47,519 nucleotides of DNA from a virus (lineage: Duplodnaviria; Caudoviricetes): the IMG/VR virus record IMGVR_UViG_3300032234_000260, positions 1-47,519 of that record; one strand, 5' to 3'. Below, one piece after another: positions 8,319-15,690 of the stretch. Each line of letters starts with the position of its first letter. Within the stretch, counting starts at the first letter, position 1. A program made the position numbers and the translations under genes. The notes beneath the pieces were generated by a model, which was not told the DNA's origin, searched no databases, and was given only the letters and a program-made list of their open reading frames with translations.

Positions 8319-9821
8319 TTAAGCAACCCGATGGGTTACTTTTTCTACTGACTTTGAATCTGTTTTTGTACCCGGTACTACTAGACCCGGTGTCTCCGAC
8401 GCTAGGAAGTAGTTGTACTTACCGAATACATTGACTAGGTCATAGAAGTCCATGACTTTGAAGAATGACTGCATTGTTGCGCCACGCTTTGCTGTCTCAA
8501 TTAGACCACGAACTACCCACGCGAAGAATGTAATTTTATCTGCATTGTAGTTGCAATCCATTTGACGGAACTCTATCGTACCACGATCGTTTAATAGATG
8601 CGATACGTTTACAGCCCTAGGCTTCTCTGCTTTGAGTTTTGGATCCTTTTTGCTCAAAGCAAATCTGATGTGTTCTATCGACACCCTGCGTGCATACTGC
8701 ACATCATTGCGTCCACATAGAACTGAGAAGAGACCTTCTAGTCTCTTGTATGTTGCCATGACTGTACCGACTTGCATAGTCGTTAAGTCTCCGGCCCATA
8801 CGTGAATGTGTGTACCTGCAGTGTCATTCATCTCTGCACCCTCGTCTAATAGCTTCTGGCACAAGTCATACATACCATTATGCTTTACACGTTGGATACC
8901 GCCTGTTGAACGATACTCTGCTGACTCAGCATCTGTGCATTCGCCGCTACCACAGTGATCTGGGCTGTCGTTGTAGTCGCTACAATTATCACAGTTGCAT
9001 TCGTGATAAGTACAATCGCTACAATAACATTCACAGTCTTCACTACCTTCGTATGAACGCAGTGAACCGTCATCACCTTTGTCGATTCCTGAGAACGGCA
9101 ATGGCTCTACACCTTTGCAGTCTGGAGATTCTATCTCGAATCCCCATGTGCGCGATGCTAGACCGTTTGACGGAAGTTGATTGCTTAGAGTTTTGATTTG
9201 CTCCTCTATGCGAAGCGTGAACTCTCTACCGCCTGATGGACCTTCGGTAAGGATTTTGTTTAGACCTGACCCTTGCTCTGTTTCATTCTTGACGATATTG
9301 ACACGCGCTTGCACAATCTCAACCCATCTTTGCAGACTGAATTTAGCATTTTTGAGTTCATCAATGCTTGGTCTGACTTCTGCGAACTTTCTCAGAACAA
9401 ACATAGCTGCAGTTTCTCTTGTATCATCATAGCCATATGAGCTAACGCCTCTAGCCCACATAACATGCTGATTAGAACCTGCACCTGCTGGTCTTGTCTC
9501 TGTGTCGTTTGCATATGCATTCAGCATTCCCTTCCAATAGATTAGCCTCAATCTATTTTGCGGGTTGGTTAGAAACTCTAACCCTCCAAATGATGTTTCA
9601 CCATATTCCCAATTACCATATGTTTGGTCGAGTAGCGGACCTTCGATGATGAATGTATCTGAGATTGCTACCGGGAAATCTGGAAAGAACTCATCCTTGA
9701 TTTCCTTTATTACTGTGTAAGGCATACGTTCGTAACCCATATCTGGTACGAATACCCTACGTTCGTCTATCTTTTGATAGAACTCTAGTGCTTGTTCTCT
9801 TAATTCAGAGTATGTTTGCAT
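8319..9821 (-). CDS. Putative amidoligase (COOH-NH2 ligase type 2, glutamine synthetase-like fold)
   Basis: Motifs TWGFEIE, DDGSL, EYRS, AGTHIHV and GTIEFRQ occur in the expected order. Confidence 0.85.
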   Translation of the reverse strand: MQTYSELREQALEFYQKIDERRVFVPDMGYERMPYTVIKEIKDEFFPDFPVAISDTFIIEGPLLDQTYGNWEYGETSFGGLEFLTNPQNRLRLIYWKGMLNAYANDTETRPAGAGSNQHVMWARGVSSYGYDDTRETAAMFVLRKFAEVRPSIDELKNAKFSLQRWVEIVQARVNIVKNETEQGSGLNKILTEGPSGGREFTLRIEEQIKTLSNQLPSNGLASRTWGFEIESPDCKGVEPLPFSGIDKGDDGSLRSYEGSEDCECYCSDCTYHECNCDNCSDYNDSPDHCGSGECTDAESAEYRSTGGIQRVKHNGMYDLCQKLLDEGAEMNDTAGTHIHVWAGDLTTMQVGTVMATYKRLEGLFSVLCGRNDVQYARRVSIEHIRFALSKKDPKLKAEKPRAVNVSHLLNDRGTIEFRQMDCNYNADKITFFAWVVRGLIETAKRGATMQSFFKVMDFYDLVNVFGKYNYFLASETPGLVVPGTKTDSKSVEKVTHRVA

Positions 9822-9992
9822 GTTGTTAGTTTCCTTTAACTATTAACAAAATGTTTTATTTGTACAGTCAATTGCGACTGCGATTGGAAGCATTACACCT
9901 ACTAAGATGAATACTGAAATTACTGTATACAAAATGAAGTTATCTAGCCTGTTTCCATCTATATCACGTTCCTTACTATATCTAATCGAATT

Positions 9993-10058
9993 GCCCGCAG
10001 CTGAGACACAACCCCGGGTGTTGCGCCGCGGTGTTGGGGGTTGTGGCGATGCGCGGGC
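9993..10058 (-). promoter_or_regulatory. 66-nt GC-rich two-stem hairpin, copy 3
   Basis: Outer stem GCCCGC/GCGGGC, inner stem CACAACCCC/GGGGTTGTG. Confidence 0.75.
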
Positions 10059-10144
10059 GGGGGTCTGGGGGGCACCCCCAGTACTATGATTGATCTCGTT
10101 TAGAGTCGATTTTCTATAATAGACTATAGAACCATATAGGATGG

Positions 10145-10173
10145 CTTATACCACAAAAGTGCCCGGATGTCAA
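10145..10173 (-). promoter_or_regulatory. Leftward sigma70/SigA-type promoter
   Basis: TTGACA-17 nt-TATAAG with TGTGG extended -10. Confidence 0.8.
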
Positions 10174-10188
10174 ATAGGATGGCACAAC

Positions 10189-10218
10189 TTGACAAAGTGC
10201 CGGGATCTGTGGTACATT
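10189..10218 (+). promoter_or_regulatory. Rightward sigma70/SigA-type promoter
   Basis: TTGACA-18 nt-TACATT with TGTGG extended -10. Confidence 0.75.
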
Positions 10219-10284
10219 GTATTACATAGGCAAATAGCCAACCCCCACAAAGGGAAAAAAATTCAAAAAGTTTTGAGAAAATGC

Positions 10285-10313
10285 TTGCGTTCGAGGTGTT
10301 TTTCCTGTAAACT
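10285..10313 (+). promoter_or_regulatory. Second rightward promoter candidate
   Basis: TTGCGT-17 nt-TAAACT upstream of the amidotransferase. Confidence 0.55.
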
Positions 10314-10365
10314 GATTATACAAACAAGAGATGGCTCGGATGAGCCGGAATAGGAAACCGATATT

Positions 10366-11454
10366 ATGTGTGGAATTGCTGGATTTAGTTTATCAAAAAA
10401 TTCTAGAATAAACCCTAGAAAGTTATCAAATGCATTGCTTTGTGGCATCGAGAGTCGTGGTAATCAAGCGGCTGGTTATGCTTGGCAAAATGGTGTGTCT
10501 TCAGGTATGTATAAGAGTAATGTTCGTGGTTCTAGTTTATCCCTAAAGGGTATGCCTAGAGATGCTGACACTGTTATCTTGCATACTCGCTATGCTACGC
10601 ATGGCTCCGTAAATGTTATGGCAAATAATCACCCTGTTGTTTCGCCTGACAAGAATATTGCTTTAGTGCACAATGGCGTTATTTATAATCACAAGCGTGT
10701 TCGTGCTGAGTTGCCTTATACTTTGCCAGAGGTCGATACTAGTGTTATTCCTGCTATTCTGCAAAAGTATGGCGTTGAGCGTTTAGATATGCTTGATGGC
10801 GATGCGTCTATTGCGTGGCTTGATGAGCGTGAGAATGGCACTTTGCGTGTCGGTCGTTTCTCTCATTCTCCTTTGTTTGTTGCACAGACAGAGGATGGCA
10901 GTCTTGTGTTTGCGTCGACAGAGAAAATCTTGCTCGAGGCTCTAAAGCGTGTTCGTCTCAGTGCCGTATATTTGCAACAGGTTGCCGAGAAAGCCCTTTA
11001 TACAGTCCGTCAGGGTCGTATTGACGCATCTGAGACTATGCCTGAGACTAGCCCGGAGTTCGAGGAGAAGTTGTCTTATTCTGCTTATGGCAAGTATCGT
11101 GGTATGACTGCTGGTGGCAAACTCAATAACTCTTCTGTTGTTGGTTATGGTTATGCTGATGGTTTAGATTACTCATCTGATCTTTATGAGGAATTAGATA
11201 GTGAAGAGTTCGAGGACTTTTTGACTAACTATTATGAGACTGATGGTTTCTTCTACGACTATTCTGGAACATTCTTGGGAGATATCGAGTCGATGCGTGA
11301 CATCTTCGAGGATTACCGATACAACGAGTATTGGATGGGCAAGGATGCTAACTATAATCCTTGGACTTTCACCGAAGGTACTGCCAAGAATTACGAGGCT
11401 CCACGCAGGTCTTCTCCTCGCGATTGGTATTGGAATGACAGTGAGATTTTTTAG
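10366..11454 (+). CDS. Class II (Ntn) glutamine amidotransferase
   Basis: N-terminal MCGIAG nucleophile, RG..AAG, LHTRYATHG, NNHP, HNGVIYN and VDTSVI, with an acidic Tyr-rich tail. Confidence 0.92.
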   Translation: MCGIAGFSLSKNSRINPRKLSNALLCGIESRGNQAAGYAWQNGVSSGMYKSNVRGSSLSLKGMPRDADTVILHTRYATHGSVNVMANNHPVVSPDKNIALVHNGVIYNHKRVRAELPYTLPEVDTSVIPAILQKYGVERLDMLDGDASIAWLDERENGTLRVGRFSHSPLFVAQTEDGSLVFASTEKILLEALKRVRLSAVYLQQVAEKALYTVRQGRIDASETMPETSPEFEEKLSYSAYGKYRGMTAGGKLNNSSVVGYGYADGLDYSSDLYEELDSEEFEDFLTNYYETDGFFYDYSGTFLGDIESMRDIFEDYRYNEYWMGKDANYNPWTFTEGTAKNYEAPRRSSPRDWYWNDSEIF

Positions 11455-11479
11455 TCTCACTCCCACTCCACTCTATCTT

Positions 11480-11725
11480 GTATTATAGTATTATAATATA
11501 TAATTAGTATATATACAAGGTATACAAAAAACCTCAAAATGACATTGAATATGGTCAGTTTCCTACCATATTCAATGCATTCTGAGCCTCCACCGACCAC
11601 CCCAAACACAAAACACTACATTTTTCATAGTTTCAAAATAGTGTTTTTTTACAGGAAATAAATAGTGTTTCAGGAAATAACAACCGACCAAATACCATAT
11701 TCAATTCAAAACTGCATTGAATATG
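11480..11725. promoter_or_regulatory. AT-rich repeat region, candidate replication origin or operator cluster
   Basis: AT/TA tract plus four copies of ATTGAATATG in two inverted pairs and short direct repeats. Confidence 0.55.
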
Positions 11726-11745
11726 TCCAAACAAAGGAGAGCCAC

Positions 11746-11937
11746 ATGGAGAGAAAATATGTAAAACACATCAGCAACACCGAACTTGTCGGGCGTATGG
11801 CTGATGAATTTGTCAGTATGCATCAAGGTGGATACATTGACTTACTGCACTGGGAGACTGCCCTAGAGATTGTAGAACGCTATTACAATGTTGAGGCAAA
11901 GATCACTTTCAAGAAAAAGGAGGACGCAAATGCCTAA
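11746..11937 (+). CDS. Hypothetical protein
   Basis: AAAGGAG SD before MERKYV. Confidence 0.65.
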   Translation: MERKYVKHISNTELVGRMADEFVSMHQGGYIDLLHWETALEIVERYYNVEAKITFKKKEDANA

Positions 11938-12127
11938 GTATGCTTTTACACTATGGGAAGAATCGAAGTGGGGTATCTCATTCGAGGCTGATAACCTAGA
12001 ACACGCAAAGGAATTGCTGGCTCAGGCTGAGGAGGACATGGATGTCGAAGGCTTGCCGGAGGTCGAAAGGTTCTTTGTCAAAGGCGACGAGTTCTGGGAC
12101 ATGGAAACCTTGCAGGAGCAAAGGTGA
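11930..12127 (+). CDS. Hypothetical acidic protein
   Basis: AGGAGG SD before MPKYAF. Confidence 0.65.
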   Translation: MPKYAFTLWEESKWGISFEADNLEHAKELLAQAEEDMDVEGLPEVERFFVKGDEFWDMETLQEQR

Positions 12128-12270
12128 GCCGGAAATGTGGTTTCTGCATAACAGGGCACCACCAAAATTGTAAACCTGCTATTGCGTATTATGACAAAGT
12201 GTGGTACTGTGAATGTGAGTGCCGACAGGACAAGGAGAACCAAGATGGAACCACTGCAAATCAAGACTGA
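12124..12270 (+). CDS. Small Cys-rich protein (48 aa, not in ORF track)
   Basis: GTG start overlapping the previous stop, AGGAG SD, sequence MSRKCGFCITGHHQNCKPAIAYYDKVWYCECECRQ... Confidence 0.6.
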   Translation: MSRKCGFCITGHHQNCKPAIAYYDKVWYCECECRQDKENQDGTTANQD

Positions 12271-12439
12271 CGCAGACATGCAGTTTACTATCACAGGCAT
12301 CAAGCCGGTGTTGTACTGCCCACAATGCGACGAGCCTACAACACAGAAACAAATCGACAGATACGAGATGTGCAGAAACTGCGACAGGCAAGCATGCCCT
12401 GAATGCGGACAAGCATTTTGCAACCACAACTATTCATAA
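12245..12439 (+). CDS. Small zinc-finger-like protein
   Basis: AAGGAG SD, three CxxC motifs plus CxH. Confidence 0.65.
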   Translation: MEPLQIKTDADMQFTITGIKPVLYCPQCDEPTTQKQIDRYEMCRNCDRQACPECGQAFCNHNYS

Positions 12440-12451
12440 GGAGGACTATAA

Positions 12452-12943
12452 ATGCAGACATTTATACCATACGCAGACTTTGCAGAGACCGCCTCTGTAT
12501 TGGATAATCAGCGACTAAACAAGCAAGCCTTAGAGGGCTGGCAGATTATGATGAGCAACTTGCAACTAGATCCCAACGGGGACTTTAGGCAGTCAAGGGG
12601 CTGGCGTAACCATCCAGCCGTTATAATGTGGCGTGGCTACGAGAGTGCCCTGCTAGATTACATCGGCTCTATGGTCTTTGAGTGGAAGGGTAGGGGCTAC
12701 AAATCTACCATCTACGACAAGGCTGAGGCGACTTACGAACGAGCACTTCAACTCGGTCTGACACAGGACAACCAGCCAGCAAGTTTGCCAGCATGGTTTT
12801 ACGAGGAGGACTTGCTCGGTAAGATAACCAGTTCGCACAGACAGGCTTTACTGTGTAAGAACTATGGATGGTATTCTCAGTTCGACTGGGCAGAGGACAC
12901 CGGAATAGCACCAACAAACTACGAATATACTTGGACAAGTTAG
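12452..12943 (+). CDS. Pyrimidine dimer DNA glycosylase-like protein (MSMEG_6728 family)
   Basis: MQTFIPY.DF..TA.VLD..RLNKQ..E, GWRNHPAV.MWRGYE and SHRQALL.K. Confidence 0.85.
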   Translation: MQTFIPYADFAETASVLDNQRLNKQALEGWQIMMSNLQLDPNGDFRQSRGWRNHPAVIMWRGYESALLDYIGSMVFEWKGRGYKSTIYDKAEATYERALQLGLTQDNQPASLPAWFYEEDLLGKITSSHRQALLCKNYGWYSQFDWAEDTGIAPTNYEYTWTS

Positions 12944-12952
12944 GAGAAACAA

Positions 12953-13156
12953 ATGAGTTATGACATTCCCGGATATGACGGATGGAAATTAGCAACACCT
13001 TGGGACGATGAAGTCTCTCGCTATGTGGCATTTGAATGCGGACATTGTGAAGAATACAACGAAGATGTTGAGGTCGTTGTGGGTAGACGCGATGATGGCG
13101 TTGATGTAGAATGTGACGAATGTGGCAAAATGAACTATGTGGACTTAGGAGAATAA
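12953..13156 (+). CDS. Zinc-ribbon hypothetical protein
   Basis: PGYDGWKLATP motif, two CxxC, AGGAG SD. Confidence 0.65.
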   Translation: MSYDIPGYDGWKLATPWDDEVSRYVAFECGHCEEYNEDVEVVVGRRDDGVDVECDECGKMNYVDLGE

Positions 13157-13157
13157 A

Positions 13158-13406
13158 ATGGAAAGAGTACCGACAGTAAAGACTTACAAGATCCTTTTGA
13201 CCAAGGATGAAATCCTAAAGGTCGAAGAGGCCTTGTACGACCGAGCCAGCGTCCTGTACGCTATCGGTAGCCAATTAGAGCATGCTGGTAGCAACCAGCA
13301 GTCTAAGAACATCGACAAGAGGGCATCTGAGCTGGAGCACATTGCCAGCCTAATCGCTTACCCGATTGACGAGGAGTACATTAGGAACTATAATGGAATC
13401 CAGTAG
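13158..13406 (+). CDS. Hypothetical protein
   Basis: AGGAG SD, tight gene packing. Confidence 0.6.
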   Translation: MERVPTVKTYKILLTKDEILKVEEALYDRASVLYAIGSQLEHAGSNQQSKNIDKRASELEHIASLIAYPIDEEYIRNYNGIQ

Positions 13407-13566
13407 TGTAGTGTTTCGGAGTGAAGCCGGAACCCTATTTGTAATTGTCGAGAATGGCATGTATTCTATTCGGGATACAACAAAGCCATACGAGGCACAA
13501 GACTTCACATACTACATAAACATTGCGGATGCAAGAGATGCATTCTTGGAAAAGATGGAGAAATAA
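13393..13566 (+). CDS. Hypothetical protein
   Basis: Likely start MESSSV, tight packing. Confidence 0.55.
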   Translation: MESSSVVFRSEAGTLFVIVENGMYSIRDTTKPYEAQDFTYYINIADARDAFLEKMEK

Positions 13567-13881
13567 ATGAAACAAGAAAGATTCTATTTTACAGCACATG
13601 GCTCTTACGGGATCGTTGACGATGAGTTTACTATCATAAACACATCAGACTTTACGCCTGAGGAGTGGGACACTATCAACGAAACCGCTGAATCCATGAG
13701 GATGGATTACGCGATGGCGTATAGGGAACTAAAGGATGCTAACCGCCCTGCTGAGCGTGGCGAATGGCAACATGTGGCAGATAACCTAGGGTACTTGCTT
13801 TTTGAACTAAAGCGTGGTAATGTTGATGAGGCAGAGGTTCTTGATGTTCTCCTGCTGATTCAAGAGGGGCTAGGTCTATAA
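13567..13881 (+). CDS. Hypothetical protein
   Basis: GGAG SD, abuts neighbours. Confidence 0.6.
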   Translation: MKQERFYFTAHGSYGIVDDEFTIINTSDFTPEEWDTINETAESMRMDYAMAYRELKDANRPAERGEWQHVADNLGYLLFELKRGNVDEAEVLDVLLLIQEGLGL

Positions 13882-14114
13882 TGCCAACGCCACCAACCGA
13901 ACAGTGGGAACTCAGAGCCGATGTGATACTGATGCTCGAAAGTTATTTCGAGGATTTAGGCTGGATAGACATGATGGATGTAGTCATGGATGTTCAGGAA
14001 TTTGAAGATGATGGCGTGAATAAAGCCATCTCAGAATACAATGAAACAATGCGTAAAGCACTAAAGCAGTTAGGTAGATTGGCTACCCGACTAGGATATA
14101 TTGAAGGAGAATAA
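13881..14114 (+). CDS. Hypothetical protein
   Basis: TAATG coupling with the upstream gene. Confidence 0.6.
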   Translation: MPTPPTEQWELRADVILMLESYFEDLGWIDMMDVVMDVQEFEDDGVNKAISEYNETMRKALKQLGRLATRLGYIEGE

Positions 14115-14115
14115 C

Positions 14116-14529
14116 ATGCAACAATTAGTAAGCATTCAAGGACTAGTAGCAACAACACCACGCCACCTTGTGACACAAGAGGGGCTACCAATATCATCTT
14201 TCAGAGTTGCATCTCCAACTAAAAAGTATGACAAGAGCCTAGGCAAGTATGTCGATGGCGAGACCAACTGGTACACAGTTACCTCGTTCAAGAACCTTGC
14301 AATAAATGTAGCGACATCTGTGAGCAAAGGCGACAGAGTTGTTATTGTCGGTGCGTTGAGGGTTCGCGACTGGGATAACGGCGAACGAGCCGGAACCAGC
14401 GTGGAGATTGAGGCAGAAACTATCGGACACGACTTAGTGTGGGGTCAAACAACTTTTGAACGCACAGTGAGCAAAGACTTTAGTAGCAAGCCGAAACACG
14501 ACTGCGACTGTGAAAGATGTGACGACTAA
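14116..14529 (+). CDS. ssb: Single-stranded DNA-binding protein (actinobacterial type)
   Basis: SFRVAS, DGETNWYTV, LAINVATSVSKGDRVVIVG.L and SVEIEAETIGHDL. Ends in HDCDCERCDD rather than a PF tail. Confidence 0.9.
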   Translation: MQQLVSIQGLVATTPRHLVTQEGLPISSFRVASPTKKYDKSLGKYVDGETNWYTVTSFKNLAINVATSVSKGDRVVIVGALRVRDWDNGERAGTSVEIEAETIGHDLVWGQTTFERTVSKDFSSKPKHDCDCERCDD

Positions 14530-14699
14530 TGACTTTTGAAGAATTCATGTCAAAGGTGTTGGACGCATTCCCGGACGCACTTGTTAGTACGGACATAAAT
14601 GGCGAGTTGGAGATCTCCACTGGTCTGATGTTCTCTGAGGATGGTAGTGGAAACATTGAAGTTGTTCCACTGCCGTCTGAGAACCTCGACACGCCATAG
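14529..14699 (+). CDS. Small hypothetical protein (56 aa, not in ORF track)
   Basis: TAATG coupling, MTFEEFMSKVLDAFPDALVSTDINGELEISTGL... Confidence 0.6.
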   Translation: MTFEEFMSKVLDAFPDALVSTDINGELEISTGLMFSEDGSGNIEVVPLPSENLDTP

Positions 14700-14763
14700 A
14701 CTTTGTTCCACTATGTATTGTGGTAACATATAACTCTACCCATTCGGGTAGATAGGAGGAAAA

Positions 14764-15060
14764 ATGGAAAAAATAACATACACGATTACAGGTAATCTCG
14801 CTGATGTTGTGAACGCAATTGACCTTGCTAGAACAGAGGGTCGGTTTTTATCTGACGAACCTAATGTGCTTGAGTTGAAGTGGTCTGTGACAGACATGGA
14901 CAACGCTGAGGCTGACATTAGTGTTTCACCAGACAAGCCAATTAGCGGAGATGAGATTGCAATCCTAACTGCAGAATACCCTAGCCTGTTCATTGTCGAA
15001 TCATTTGACAAAGAGGTTCAGTTGCTAGTAGCAGAGGGTGTGCAGGAGCAGGTAGTATGA
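14764..15060 (+). CDS. Hypothetical protein
   Basis: AGGAGG SD. Confidence 0.65.
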   Translation: MEKITYTITGNLADVVNAIDLARTEGRFLSDEPNVLELKWSVTDMDNAEADISVSPDKPISGDEIAILTAEYPSLFIVESFDKEVQLLVAEGVQEQVV

Positions 15061-15536
15061 AACTAAATCAACACGCCAAACAGGCTCTGGACACACTTAG
15101 CGAAAAGCATTTGGCATACACTATCGCCAAGGCTACCATTGAGGCAGAACTGAAGAACGAGTTGACTGAGCGGTTATCATCATTCAAGAGTGAGCGTGAC
15201 ATTGCGTTGCGTCTCGCAGACCAAGCTGGAGTGCCTCGCACTCAGTTAGGTAAGGCTATTGGAACCACTAACTATCGCACAGTCCAAGAGGTGCTGGAGG
15301 CAACAGAATCCTTCATGCACTCAGAGGGATCTGTTGATGGCAAGTGGTCTCTGACGGCTCTACCAGACGGGAACTACAACCTATCTATAAACTCGATGGG
15401 GGTAGGCTCGGTTTCCGGCAGTGCAGTAGTACAGGTAGCATCTGACGACCTTGTGTTCGTTGAGGGTGATGAATTTGTGATTCCACAGGTTTACCGCAAC
15501 GGATACCTTGAACAGATTGTTCAAAGTGCTGGCTGA
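15057..15536 (+). CDS. Putative HTH DNA-binding protein
   Basis: AGVPRTQLGKAIGTTNYRTVQEVL HTH-like segment after a coiled coil. Confidence 0.55.
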   Translation: MKLNQHAKQALDTLSEKHLAYTIAKATIEAELKNELTERLSSFKSERDIALRLADQAGVPRTQLGKAIGTTNYRTVQEVLEATESFMHSEGSVDGKWSLTALPDGNYNLSINSMGVGSVSGSAVVQVASDDLVFVEGDEFVIPQVYRNGYLEQIVQSAG

Positions 15537-15690
15537 CATAGTTATCACCTCAACACTAATACTGTTGGCGGTAGCACCAATCGTGCTTATAATCGCTTTT
15601 ATTTTTGATGAGGCAGATAACAACAAACAAAACAACACAAATGTAAAACAAACACTTTCACAAGAGAACTATTGGAGACAGTATCTATGA
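15508..15690 (+). CDS. Small membrane protein
   Basis: One hydrophobic segment, fills the gap before the helicase. Confidence 0.4.
   Translation: MNRLFKVLADIVITSTLILLAVAPIVLIIAFIFDEADNNKQNNTNVKQTLSQENYWRQYL

Noticed and set aside
6246-10058. The 66-nt hairpins as terminators or known self-cleaving ribozymes
   Set aside because: They lack a U tract in the sense direction, and I saw no hammerhead or HDV-type core by eye.
11665-11745. N-terminal extension of the 11665..11937 ORF
   Set aside because: It overlaps the repeat region, and a strong SD supports ATG 11746.
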